DNA from: a virus
Strand: one strand, 5' to 3'
DNA length: 64,000 nucleotides
IMG/VR virus record: IMGVR_UViG_3300030329_006012
Span: 1-64,000 of that record
Shown: positions 38,401 through 47,265 of the stretch, one piece after another
Layout of the letters: the number at the start of each line of letters is the position of its first letter
Position numbering within the stretch: the first letter of the stretch is position 1
Made by a program: the position numbers and the translations under genes
The notes under the pieces: model-generated
The model's database searches: none
What the model was told of the DNA's origin: nothing
What the model saw: the letters and a program-made list of their open reading frames with translations, nothing else

Positions 38401-40022
38401 CCGGCGCCGTAGAACTACAGAGGTTCCCTGTTAAGTTTTTCGACGAAGACGGTGTTCCTTACTACTTTCCTACTGGCTCACTTGCTGACCTGACTACGTT
38501 GCAGGACTTTATGGATGTCTCTACTCAAAACCCGAAACTCGGCTATCCAGTGGCGACTACAATGATCGACGATAAACTTCATGTCCACGCAGGCGCTGTA
38601 CAGTACAGTGGCTCACTGTCTGCCGGCGGCATGGCCTGCGTTTTATATGAGGAGAGCAGAGAGCAAGACTACAGGCAAGATGGGAAGCTATTTGGATTTC
38701 CATTGGACGGATATTATGATCCGGCCTACTGCACATATACACCCCCTGGTTTTTATGGTGAGTCCATTGCGAGACTGTCTTTTTCTTCCGCCACCGGTGG
38801 TGATGTTGACTTAGAAGAGATTTTAGAAAACATGCAGGTCGAGCACCTGCATACGCTGGCCGGGAACAGGATACAGACTATCACAGGTTCACACCCAGTT
38901 TATACAACGACTCAAGACGAAGCTCAAACAACGGTGTCATCCTCTGTGGATCTTTTTGGCAAAGTCACAAATCCAGGCATGGAATTTTCCGTATCAGAAG
39001 ATGGCGCCCTAACCCGCGCCGACCGAGCAACTCCAGCAACAGCCGGATCGGCAAGGTGGGCGATCTCAACGAAGTTTGAATGCCCAGTAGTAAACGTATC
39101 TTCCAGCTTGTATCGCGAGAACTATTCGACCTTTAACAATCAGATCTCCTCCTCCGTCGCGCTGTCCTCCAGTACAGTTTCCTATGATCCACCTCAAAGT
39201 ACGTGGACGAGCTATACCGAAAATCCACCCACCGAGAACTACACTTTCTCTTTAAGGGATTCTTTTGACTTATCTACTGTATCTTCCAACACAGGATCTT
39301 TAATCGACTTGTGTGGTTTCACGCCCGGCGACAAGCAGGTGGGCTCACTCGCAGACCAGAAGACAATCAGCGAAGCAATTATGGTAATCCCCTATACTAG
39401 CCGGCCAATTCGAAACAAAACGATAAAGCTTGAAGATGGCATGTATTTTTTCAAAGTCGGAAAGAGAGAGCTAAAGCGCCAAAGGAAATCTATGGAAGAC
39501 AACGGATACGCTATCAGCGAAGAAGTTCCAGTCACATCCATATCTGAAGCAATCGACGCTATGAAGAATTATGTTATACCGCCTCAATACAACTTTGTAA
39601 AGTATGACGACCTCTCTCCCTTTGTTGCATATTTTCTGAAGTTTGAACACTCTCTTAATCAGGATGATTTGAAGAAGGTTTGGCAGGGAATCTCGCCATC
39701 AATTGCCGTAACTCCAGAGACCGACGAGGTAGACATCTCTCACGACATCGATAAACACAACTTTTTTTACGACATCAATATCCCAAATGATATTAAGTTT
39801 ATGATATTTAAAGTAAAGCAAAAGGCAGAATGGAATTACTACAACGTAACTACAGACTCCACGGACGATGATCGTTTCAGGTTCGATTTCCAAGGCAACG
39901 GACAGGTAGAAGTTGTGCCAGACTATAGTTATAATTGGCCTTATGATTACTTCTCCCTCGTGGAGAGGGCCAAGGTTAGCGTTAACTTTACGCTCAAGAA
40001 GGATGAGGAAGACACAGAATGA
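32463..40022 (+). CDS. Giant modular virion/adhesin-like protein (2519 aa)
   Basis: One GCDDPTASNYNP..NDGSC motif, a YWTD (LDL-receptor class B) propeller (IYWTD, LYWAE, VYWSS, IYWTD, LYWAS), a putative Ig segment and FG-GAP-like repeats. Confidence 0.7.
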   Translation: MSNPGNKSTKRAPFTMFSSSAEGGYLTEFHENFKEGVQIANMHTDTYGDFRNPPMQGPFTEQFVGGAFFRHQPLTNDDNGFECPPGEIPGCDDPTASNYNPCATMNDGSCLYGPISFSTDAERLEGFNIDAAAGSLTISRPQRGFLYRDAFAKRPVNIRNIKKRSPGNYSQEYEVIQIAGRTLNPRHYAEYPEQYTTDYPLHMGTEGRVLNTLNAAGQPATGTLPDYTLPDNTGSLNEFIFVNKFSAPGDRYTMSRGFLNPKGEELSGYNASPFRNLNVKKELSADLATHTPKATDIPPASGTLYHTTNRNTRYYKQVSDAVASSVTPAGNCHQIAIDTATQKIYWTDYTAGTISRSNVDGAAVEELVSGISGPYGISLDTSAGKLYWAEYSGGNINRTDIEIPAGETPATRTIDNIVTGQAVIYAIMVAPHLQKVYWSSQAGLEIRAKNSDGSGDVTAITDSERTEGMQYDPVTDRIFFTKQDYPSVSGNIFSTLADGSGRIEILNFPTSIPAGLSVDGNLGQIYWTDKINGEISRANLDGSGLEELLDANNDPRGTALDINRGILYWASNDDQTLKRITLPYRPVYDDGYVTHAIPQSSLQYSWIKDSATTTRAEFQGFATGSDITFYPSTYDFMSMGTIRVSDLGPTQAVVGEYFSYTFDGFTLSGGATSWAPPDVTFTDGEQPSWMFYSYELSPASVTIWGTPPTPAFIRDIPMIVQFTDDMGGSDAKSETIEVIASHPYTTVPGLVPHVMNDVYIDEAAAVQDFDFTGSVYTYNSWKEIRGGELALSRYYRNHNILPVANMTDKVKQYIEPPVVANNQPLDYILAIDNTGTPYNIRSAYGSKLQRYSNTEINKLANVTISDAGTEYSKIKPLYLERSTSDTNNPVKAFYSLTYGQAVYPQSKNAFMKKVRIRGKYTEVPGTGENGYDRLYGTQRTFYSATEQRSEGALNSQGCAPTEFSTQEVYAEDFGPGTEWANYSPMISRDNTSGIAYDNTSGSYCFIFGGQQNAKTETRYISLKQPVIGAFTASFKAVSHPYSPLNLTPSTLGVDSRLVVVEKDAVVRPTSDIRRTTYCANKDSGWTADLTGPGWTSFSYENYYYSPTNIIIMQPSPQFVDYSEATVALKDLEISYTPATDLIASDAFAPMGTSGDKSFYASGTFDENIGELNSDTDITTPYKKVQTSIAYSEEVNNVINHIFPGQELPSTNSITEADLAGEQISFGYTERLTEEISGLTPAYSSYEDYAENEKHAIKEASILPEFRISEQMPFYVEQNGGNFRKENKKFLTLLGAEYSASADSAASVAFDPDFAQAHLLSEGVPNLKKIREDHIGHSKPRRISLTAKGVKKLLPYNGFYPDTRTVQLANTLSSSLAAGIKSYVYDSLTAADSLETERNDATGWFGFLKTMMSPGILHNSLKGGIAVDYPVFGSPVNVEGRKHDSAFGDVKLLDAPDTRISFDSLYNLKKNLPVDTPIYTLATSDKLQDKKDTYPFYFKWDGTKKPSFELGMHNFLAESVKFFLKGSELNSFLSSPTSDFGAVVPYKKYYMDVVLDDATQRNKFLNVKGQANQFANFLSTTPKDDQLPFSTFYGHATDICPDGYGGYYAMVGAPWYYSFPIAPPDLWGMAILYHVDSSNQRTEVWRSTAADANNSESWLGTSVAVISGSDGVFFGAGATRYNDGTYTNGYAKFWKYDGNTVSAISPGGFGLPWTTVQNATKFGVAMKGYYDETVNIPYFAVADLGTSVGGTDASGLNLFAIDDPGGTPEVHWKMWQNFDYTENNISVELNYGMTDLAIQKVEFSSSPSDNRLIILHSATAYRDNATHPNYSGSVQAVLWDETTSAGTALGPYVDPIGPIVSGPMFGSNVSVVETYNNGSTAKGIVSVSRGSDSSLFNSTGSQALFCVDFAPANFSLDPADADTRMMNVAAFPQYTNPYGYGGTLWGVSADLQKDPDNGDIILVSGDPYYYSTGSWGGYNLAGAVELQRFPVKFFDEDGVPYYFPTGSLADLTTLQDFMDVSTQNPKLGYPVATTMIDDKLHVHAGAVQYSGSLSAGGMACVLYEESREQDYRQDGKLFGFPLDGYYDPAYCTYTPPGFYGESIARLSFSSATGGDVDLEEILENMQVEHLHTLAGNRIQTITGSHPVYTTTQDEAQTTVSSSVDLFGKVTNPGMEFSVSEDGALTRADRATPATAGSARWAISTKFECPVVNVSSSLYRENYSTFNNQISSSVALSSSTVSYDPPQSTWTSYTENPPTENYTFSLRDSFDLSTVSSNTGSLIDLCGFTPGDKQVGSLADQKTISEAIMVIPYTSRPIRNKTIKLEDGMYFFKVGKRELKRQRKSMEDNGYAISEEVPVTSISEAIDAMKNYVIPPQYNFVKYDDLSPFVAYFLKFEHSLNQDDLKKVWQGISPSIAVTPETDEVDISHDIDKHNFFYDINIPNDIKFMIFKVKQKAEWNYYNVTTDSTDDDRFRFDFQGNGQVEVVPDYSYNWPYDYFSLVERAKVSVNFTLKKDEEDTE

Positions 40023-41101
40023 CCTTTTATAACAAAAAAGAGGAAGTTATCGAGGTAGAACTGACGTCATTTGGCAAGACCATGCTGGCTAAGGGGAAGC
40101 TGAAGCCGTCATATTATGCATTCTTTGATGAGGATATTATATATGATCCTGAGTATGGGGCATCTTCATCCGAGACAGCAGACGAAAGAATTCGAAATCA
40201 AACCCCTCGAAGCAGAGTACAATACAACTACTCTAGCGTCGAGGATGTAAAGTCAATGAGGGAAGAAATAATCCCCACCACCGACGGAGAGTCAGTAAGG
40301 CAAGTGCTGGTTCAGGAACAACGACGCCGAAACGTCTTTCCACCAATTGGCACATCTGCCAACAGCACCGCTTATCATCCTTCTTGGAAGGCGTATATGT
40401 TGCAAGGAGAGCTGGATTCTTCCTCTCCTGACATCACTATGGACGATTCTACAATAAACATCCCTCAGATGGAGTTGGCCACAAGAACTTTCACTTCTAA
40501 GGCAATTAGGGGCTCCGATTTCAACTCATCTTTGTACGGATACACTTTTCCCGATGGGAGCAGCGTCACATTAAAAGAGGACGAAAACTCCGAGTTTCTC
40601 CTGTTCTTACTGGAGGAAAATGCCTCTTCTGATTCCGAGAATTTTTCAATTGAATTTTATGAAGTTGAGGAGCAGAGTGGCAAAGAGTTTTTAACTCCAC
40701 TTTCCTTTCCTAAAAAATTTGAGAAAGACAGAATTGTTGACGGCATAATGTTGGACAATGAATATATACCTGAACTCGACCCATCGGAAGATCCTACACT
40801 TGTTGGCTATTATTTCGATGTCGAGGTTGATTCTGAAATTGATCCCGCCATTTTGACCAAAGCCATGCAGTCTGGCCGGTTTGCCGATATCCGAGATTTG
40901 GAGTCATTTGCAAACAGTGCCAGATTTAAAGATGGCGATCTAGAAAGACTTACAGCAGGAAACTCAGCAACTGACATTTATGGACTTAGCCTTTCTGATA
41001 TCGCAGGAATGAATGAAGAGGCACTAAGAAGCGCGGAAGAGAGAGCTCAGTCACAAGAGAATCTCTACGACGAAGAGGATAACACCAATGGCTGCGATTG
41101 A
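40019..41101 (+). CDS. Virion structural protein (N-terminus paralogous to 46359 gene)
   Basis: MTF...IEVELTSFGKTMLAKG...YAFFDEDIIYD; acidic C-terminus. Confidence 0.55.
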   Translation: MTFYNKKEEVIEVELTSFGKTMLAKGKLKPSYYAFFDEDIIYDPEYGASSSETADERIRNQTPRSRVQYNYSSVEDVKSMREEIIPTTDGESVRQVLVQEQRRRNVFPPIGTSANSTAYHPSWKAYMLQGELDSSSPDITMDDSTINIPQMELATRTFTSKAIRGSDFNSSLYGYTFPDGSSVTLKEDENSEFLLFLLEENASSDSENFSIEFYEVEEQSGKEFLTPLSFPKKFEKDRIVDGIMLDNEYIPELDPSEDPTLVGYYFDVEVDSEIDPAILTKAMQSGRFADIRDLESFANSARFKDGDLERLTAGNSATDIYGLSLSDIAGMNEEALRSAEERAQSQENLYDEEDNTNGCD

Positions 41102-44063
41102 TCTTATAGGAAGAACAGTTCCAAATGTTATATTGGATACAGTTATTTTAAGGAGCGAAACCGGCTCCGATCCTACTGCCCTGAGAAAAATAGAGCTTAG
41201 GATGCATATTCCAGAATATATCTATGAAGACGGCACAGGGACTTGGTATACAAATGGAGATTACAAGACCAAGTTGAAAATAAGAATTCGAGTTGAGACA
41301 GAAAACGGCTCGGAAGAAATAACAAAGTCGTTTGAACAGATGTCTGGGCTGGATATTACGCTGTTACAGTCCGAGCAGAAATTTAAAAACATATACTTTT
41401 CCGAAGAAATCGTTGCCGCCGAGCTACCTGGTTTATTGACGGCCACCAGTCCGGAGATGTTGAAGGTGTCCGTGGAAACCATCATTCCCGCCTACAACTT
41501 ATCCCCTCCGATTAACTTTGGGAATATCGGGTTCACGGAGCTCAAGGGAAAAACCTCTTCTGTAGATGTTATCGCCAACGGAAACGTCTTGTCGAGAACA
41601 GTTGGCTACTTCTTGGAAGGAACATTTTACAACGGCCCAAAGACACAACTTACAAACGGAAGGTGGGTTACTGGAGACGCCCAGAATGAGGCATCGCAGT
41701 TTCTAATAGAAAGAGAAGTTCCAAATATAAAAGTCATGGATCTCAGAGATACTGGTCTGTATCAAGATGTCCGTTACGGCAGATGGGATTCCGGCGTAGA
41801 TATCACTAAAAAAGGAGCCTACTTTTCTCCGATGAGTACAACCAGGGACACCAATGGAGTTGCAAGGTTTTTGTTTACCCTTGATTATAAGAGAGCATAT
41901 GCAGAGAATTCTCTCTGGGACTTCATGTTCGAGAGACTTTCGGAAAACCTTCAAGACCGTGTGCTGCTGTGGTCTTCCTTGAGAAAGTTGGCCTTGAAAA
42001 GAGTGCGCGTTGGTGCAGCATTCGTAAATGATGTTCCTCAAACCATTGTTTCGAGTGGCGAGTTGTCGGGAGACAGATTTGTAGATTACTCAGACTCCAC
42101 TGCCTCGATCAAGGAAGAGGAATTTAATTTTCAGAAGGGGACTTTATTTTTAAGATCTTTTTCTGGAGCCGATAAATCCTTTAAAGACATTTCGTTTGGA
42201 GAGTATGCATATATTGCAGAAGCAGAAATTAGAGACGGGATGTATCAATTTGTGAGTTTCCAACTTGAAGACCTCAAAAAATCATACCAGCTTTTAAGAC
42301 AATATATAAATAGGATGCAACAGGCCGGCCACATGACGTCGGATCAGCGACCAACAGCAGCATTTAACAATAAAATAAATGCAGAAACAGATTTTTTAAA
42401 CAGACCCTATATAAGAGCCCTTGTTTCAATGTCAGAAGGAATATATTTCTATGAAGGCAGAAGCGTGAGCGAAGAGGCAAAGATATTGAGAACACTTAGG
42501 GCAAAGTTGAGTCCGGTCACTTCCACACTTGGCACGTTGCTTGAGGTGCTTGGCGACATGGAATCAGTAATAACGATTACTCAAAAGAAGCTGGACGCTA
42601 TCAGCGACAAAGCCGCCACTGCCACTACACAGGGCGCCCCGTTTGGGAACATGGTATATTCCGTTGAAGAAACATTTACCAACCTCTTTGATGCAACGAA
42701 AAGTTTTAAAACCGGCCTAAGTTTCCTTTCCGCTACGGAGATACTGGAATCCTCCGACGCCACGGGCCTCAAGGTCGTATCTTCTGAAAAGTTCGAAAAG
42801 AGAGTCGAAGCCGAGGGGATTAACTTCTTTAATTCAAAGGAACCCACGTTTACCATACAGGGATCGCAAGATACCCTCTCTGAAACAGGTAGAACCACTT
42901 CGTTCACTTACTTAACACCAACATCCGCGAGAGTGGGAAATATCGTGTATGCGGTTGGCCCAACAACGGGCTTAACCTCGACAGAGGGCATCGATGTCAC
43001 ATCCCTTTCTCTTGGAGATTCTAAGGGAAAATATAAGACCGTGTTATCTGACTTAAGATATTCTAGAGTTACCGACAGCGGCGTCGGCGCAGAGCCACTT
43101 ACTATTACTCCGGTTTCCGATCCTGATTTCGAATCAATCGCACCCGAAGGTGAGCCAAATCCGAACAATTCCGCCGTTGACACAATTTACAGCTTCGGGT
43201 CTTCAATCGCTGCTGAAAGTTATAACAGCCCGTTTGAGTTCTTGAGGGTTGATAAGATCGAGGGAGACAGTGTTTTTATTACTGGCATTACGGGCCAAAT
43301 GGCAACCCTAACAAAAGAAAAATTCAGCCTGCTCCCAAATTACTTTAAATCAATATTGGCAAACTCTCAGGTATTTGGCAATAGTTATTCAAAAATTTAT
43401 GATAGTGCGTCCAATGGCGACGTCGATCCCTATAGCTTGATTATAGGCTCGGTTGCAAAGATCGAGGTTCTTACGGGGTACAAAAAAGAAAACATTGAGT
43501 ATGCCATGCATACAACCCGCCGACCAGAATACATGGTCCGAGAACCCATCTGGGAGCCTCTCACTTATGAGCTTTACAGAAGAAACTCAGGTACGAACCT
43601 TTTGTGCCGCCTGTCAAAGTATGATAACAATGCCATCGGTTTTCATAGGAGCAATGATGCCGCAATATACAACCACTACTTTGTGCTCGACGCACCAGTC
43701 GTCTCTACGATTTACGGAAACGACGGAAGCAATAATTTGCAACTAGATTTAAACGGAGCGAGATCAATCAATGATCTTGCAAATATATTCAGTAACTATG
43801 GGATTGATTATAATCCAGGTTCCGGTACCGGTGCTGACGATGATATTGATTTCGGCGCCGATGCTTGCGCTGCTCTATTGGATGAGCAGTTGGCAGAACA
43901 GATGAGTGGTGCAGACGTAACTGCAGCCATCGATGCCTTAAAGTTGCAGCCGATGAGAGAGGGCGACATCGCCCCATTTGCCGGCGTCCTTATTGATTCT
44001 GAGTCGGCCGAAGAAATAAGCGATGTACTTAGCGATATAGATTCTACAGGGGGAAGTGAGTAA
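41088..44063 (+). CDS. Large hypothetical protein, probably structural (991 aa)
   Basis: Long ORF coupled to neighbours within the tail cluster; no motif recognised. Confidence 0.6.
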   Translation: MAAIDLIGRTVPNVILDTVILRSETGSDPTALRKIELRMHIPEYIYEDGTGTWYTNGDYKTKLKIRIRVETENGSEEITKSFEQMSGLDITLLQSEQKFKNIYFSEEIVAAELPGLLTATSPEMLKVSVETIIPAYNLSPPINFGNIGFTELKGKTSSVDVIANGNVLSRTVGYFLEGTFYNGPKTQLTNGRWVTGDAQNEASQFLIEREVPNIKVMDLRDTGLYQDVRYGRWDSGVDITKKGAYFSPMSTTRDTNGVARFLFTLDYKRAYAENSLWDFMFERLSENLQDRVLLWSSLRKLALKRVRVGAAFVNDVPQTIVSSGELSGDRFVDYSDSTASIKEEEFNFQKGTLFLRSFSGADKSFKDISFGEYAYIAEAEIRDGMYQFVSFQLEDLKKSYQLLRQYINRMQQAGHMTSDQRPTAAFNNKINAETDFLNRPYIRALVSMSEGIYFYEGRSVSEEAKILRTLRAKLSPVTSTLGTLLEVLGDMESVITITQKKLDAISDKAATATTQGAPFGNMVYSVEETFTNLFDATKSFKTGLSFLSATEILESSDATGLKVVSSEKFEKRVEAEGINFFNSKEPTFTIQGSQDTLSETGRTTSFTYLTPTSARVGNIVYAVGPTTGLTSTEGIDVTSLSLGDSKGKYKTVLSDLRYSRVTDSGVGAEPLTITPVSDPDFESIAPEGEPNPNNSAVDTIYSFGSSIAAESYNSPFEFLRVDKIEGDSVFITGITGQMATLTKEKFSLLPNYFKSILANSQVFGNSYSKIYDSASNGDVDPYSLIIGSVAKIEVLTGYKKENIEYAMHTTRRPEYMVREPIWEPLTYELYRRNSGTNLLCRLSKYDNNAIGFHRSNDAAIYNHYFVLDAPVVSTIYGNDGSNNLQLDLNGARSINDLANIFSNYGIDYNPGSGTGADDDIDFGADACAALLDEQLAEQMSGADVTAAIDALKLQPMREGDIAPFAGVLIDSESAEEISDVLSDIDSTGGSE

Positions 44064-46297
44064 TGCCAGAGAATAACGATTTTGTTGAGCCAGTCAAGCC
44101 TGTGGTCACACCACCTCTTGATACGGCGCAAGAAGCACTAGATCAAGAAGTTGTTCGAACCAATCTACCACTTCAGTTGCCGCCACATGCAATGCCTTCC
44201 ATAGACGGGAAAGGCTCAATGGAGGATATCTTTTGTGTAGCTAAATCTACGATTAATCGAGACCCCTTCCTGCTAACTCTTGGTGGCTCCTATATTATCG
44301 ATGGTGATTCGATCACCACCCAAAACAATGCGTCCGTCCCATTTGAAGCCGTCTACTACATCACTGATTTTACTGGTTCCGCAGATCCACTCGGCGGCAC
44401 TACCACTTTTGCCAAGATTATACCAACGAAGACTGGAACTAAAATGCCAGCGTCACCCACTAACACTTATTTTCACGACGCATTTGATGTTCCTGTGCGC
44501 CCCATTTCCACGGCCAAAACAGTATACGGAACCTACATTAGTGATTATGAGGACTATATTGCAGAGCAGACGCAAGATCCTGAGTTGACAATGATGGATG
44601 TATATGGCACCGTCTTATCACTTGGCAACGACTCAGAATTAAATAACGCAGCGAGGAGAGTGTACCCTAATGGCACACCCCTAACGACAGACTGGCAAAT
44701 TCAAGATGGCAATCAGTGGGCCGATCTCGATGCTGAATCACGGATAATCACATATTTTAGAGATTTCGGAGCTAATAGTGTTCAGCCTGCACTAAACTAT
44801 AAAAACGTAATCTACCCCCACAACGCCGTTGTTTCAGCAAACAGTGCGTTTGCACTAGCAAAAGATTCTTTTCCATTCTATGTGAACTTCAACATTAATA
44901 TGGCCCCCTCTGGTGATATGTGCAAGAGTCTCATAGATACGAAGTATGCAGATAAATTCACCGCCAATATCGGAGCCACAATCTCAAATGGAGATGTGTT
45001 CACGAGAGAGGATCTTGTCCAGCAAACCCGCGACGGCATAAAGAATTATAGGTCAAGAGTTTACGACGCAAACTTGCTGGCCACATATGATGCCTCATCC
45101 TTTATATCAAATTCGGTTGTACTGGGAACAGAGGAAGATCTCAAAGAAGCGTTTCCGAGCTTGCAGCCAACATTCAATGACGTCATCGAGGCCCTGAAGT
45201 ATCTCATTGATTTAAGAAACTTGCTGACAACAAACGCTCTCAACTTTATTGACATTGCTTCAGGGAAGAAATGCTACTCAGAGGTGATTGTCTATAGAAT
45301 AGCTAAGTTCTCCGAAGAAGATCCGCTGGCCCCAATTCAGAACTTTTATTTCTTCAATAGCCCTGACGCATCTACTTTCAACTTTATGGACTCACAAGTG
45401 GTTCCTGGCAAGATGTACAATTACAAAATCTATGCTTATTCGTTTGTTGCTGCAACCGCTTACGAATATGACAACATTACAGATGAGGAAGTTTTCGGCA
45501 TCGCAAAGGTCAACGCATTCTCAAAGGCACAAATCGCAGAAACACTAATCTCAGAGACTAGGGCGTTTGTCACGAGTCTGCCACCGACAAGCCCAGAGGT
45601 GGAGTTTAGATCCTTTCTCGGAGAAGAGAAACAAATCCAGCTCCTCTTTCAAGATAGTATCCAACGGATTGTAGAGCAGCCAGTCATTTTGAATCAGGAA
45701 GAGAGGCTTCTTGCCAACCGTCTCAGGGTTTCGCAAGGTGTCACACACGAAGCCCCGCTAACTTTCTTTAATGATGACGAGACTAAAGTCTATGAGATAT
45801 ATAGAAGCACCGTTGCTCCTGACCGGGTTGATGATTTTGCCGACAAGCTTTCCCGCCGTGTCACTGGCAAAGTAGTTCTTGAGGGCCTAAGATCAGATCA
45901 GACTTACTACTATATGTTTAGGACTGTAGACAGCCACGGAAATATATCTAACCCATCTGTACCATTTGAAGTGACGCTCATCGGCGGCCTCTCGCCATAT
46001 CTTTTGGTAAATGAATATTTATATCCTTTTGTCGCTCAGGAGAAAAAACAAAAGCAGAAGCCTTTTAAGAGGTTCATGAGAGTAAGGCCGGCCCTTCAGC
46101 AACTCATGCTTAATACTTCATCCGGGATACAAGATAAGAAGTCTTCTCTTGACGTGAATAATGTGACTCTTGGAGTTGCCACCGACGGAAAAGTTTGGGG
46201 AAAGAAATATAAAATTCGAGTTATCTCGAAGGAAACAGGAAAGAAAATAGACTTTAATTTTAAATATGATTATAATTTTGATTATAGAGAACAATAA
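44063..46297 (+). CDS. Probable structural protein with fibronectin-III-like segments
   Basis: FMDSQVVPGKMYNYKIYA and YEIYRS...YYYMFRTVDSHGNISNPS. Confidence 0.55.
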   Translation: MPENNDFVEPVKPVVTPPLDTAQEALDQEVVRTNLPLQLPPHAMPSIDGKGSMEDIFCVAKSTINRDPFLLTLGGSYIIDGDSITTQNNASVPFEAVYYITDFTGSADPLGGTTTFAKIIPTKTGTKMPASPTNTYFHDAFDVPVRPISTAKTVYGTYISDYEDYIAEQTQDPELTMMDVYGTVLSLGNDSELNNAARRVYPNGTPLTTDWQIQDGNQWADLDAESRIITYFRDFGANSVQPALNYKNVIYPHNAVVSANSAFALAKDSFPFYVNFNINMAPSGDMCKSLIDTKYADKFTANIGATISNGDVFTREDLVQQTRDGIKNYRSRVYDANLLATYDASSFISNSVVLGTEEDLKEAFPSLQPTFNDVIEALKYLIDLRNLLTTNALNFIDIASGKKCYSEVIVYRIAKFSEEDPLAPIQNFYFFNSPDASTFNFMDSQVVPGKMYNYKIYAYSFVAATAYEYDNITDEEVFGIAKVNAFSKAQIAETLISETRAFVTSLPPTSPEVEFRSFLGEEKQIQLLFQDSIQRIVEQPVILNQEERLLANRLRVSQGVTHEAPLTFFNDDETKVYEIYRSTVAPDRVDDFADKLSRRVTGKVVLEGLRSDQTYYYMFRTVDSHGNISNPSVPFEVTLIGGLSPYLLVNEYLYPFVAQEKKQKQKPFKRFMRVRPALQQLMLNTSSGIQDKKSSLDVNNVTLGVATDGKVWGKKYKIRVISKETGKKIDFNFKYDYNFDYREQ

Positions 46298-46313
46298 TAT
46301 TTAAAAAACCCGT

Positions 46314-46337
46314 CTATTTAGTGTAGAATACTATTTA
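46314..46337 (+). promoter_or_regulatory. Two tandem CTATTTA motifs (putative late promoters)
   Basis: CTATTTA at 46314 and 46331 in the intergenic gap before ATG 46359. Confidence 0.55.
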
Positions 46338-46358
46338 TCGTTACAGGAGAATGTAAAA

Positions 46359-47249
46359 ATGGCTTTTTTAGATAACAGTGGAGACATCATTATTGATGCA
46401 GTTTTGACAGATACGGGCAGATATAGACTTGCCCAAGGCGATGGATCTTTTAAGATTTCTAAGTTTGCTCTTGGCGACGACGAGATTGATTACGCTCTTT
46501 ACGATGCCGACGCATCCGACGCCACGGCCGATTTGCAAATTATGCAGACTCCGATCTTGGAGGCATTTACAAACAACGCATCTTCGATGAAGAGTAAGTT
46601 GGTCTCTCTATCGAGGAACAACATTCTTTACATGCCTGTCTTGAGGGAAAATAATTACAACCCAAATGTTTTAAACGAAGAATTTCAAATGTATGTTGTA
46701 GCTGCAGATGAGACCACCGAGAATAACACAAACCAGACTGATGCCAATTGGCTCTTTGGGGAAAACTTTCAAAATGCCGGACAAATTAGGATCGATCAGG
46801 GTATCGACAGTGATGCTATTTCACCAAAGTTTTCCATTGAGTCAGACTTGGAAGAGTCCCAATATATAATCGAGATAGATAATCGCTTGGGAACCATTGT
46901 GTCGGACACTGGCCCAGCTGCCAAGATTGCGTTTATTGATGATGATAATATCGCAACTTATATTCTTGCACAGAACACCGACCCTTCGTATGTAACAAAG
47001 AACGCAAGTACTTCCCAAGCAGGCGAAGTCATCAAGGGCCCAAGGGGCACAACAATAAAATTTTCAATTCAATCTTCAATCGAAGTTAACACGAGTACTT
47101 ATCTTTTTGATACGCTCGGCTCCACCGGCGCTGCTCCCATGACGGGTCTGACCGGCGGATTTAAATATATCGACACAACTGTTAGAATCCAAGGCGCTAC
47201 TACGGGAGCGCAGATCGATCTGCCAGTCAGATTTGTCAAATCATCGTAG
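46359..47249 (+). CDS. Virion structural protein (putative baseplate component)
   Basis: MAFLDNSGDIIIDAVLTDTGRYRLAQG...FALGDDEIDY; AGGAG RBS. Confidence 0.6.
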   Translation: MAFLDNSGDIIIDAVLTDTGRYRLAQGDGSFKISKFALGDDEIDYALYDADASDATADLQIMQTPILEAFTNNASSMKSKLVSLSRNNILYMPVLRENNYNPNVLNEEFQMYVVAADETTENNTNQTDANWLFGENFQNAGQIRIDQGIDSDAISPKFSIESDLEESQYIIEIDNRLGTIVSDTGPAAKIAFIDDDNIATYILAQNTDPSYVTKNASTSQAGEVIKGPRGTTIKFSIQSSIEVNTSTYLFDTLGSTGAAPMTGLTGGFKYIDTTVRIQGATTGAQIDLPVRFVKSS

Positions 47250-47265
47250 AACAGGGGTATAAGAA

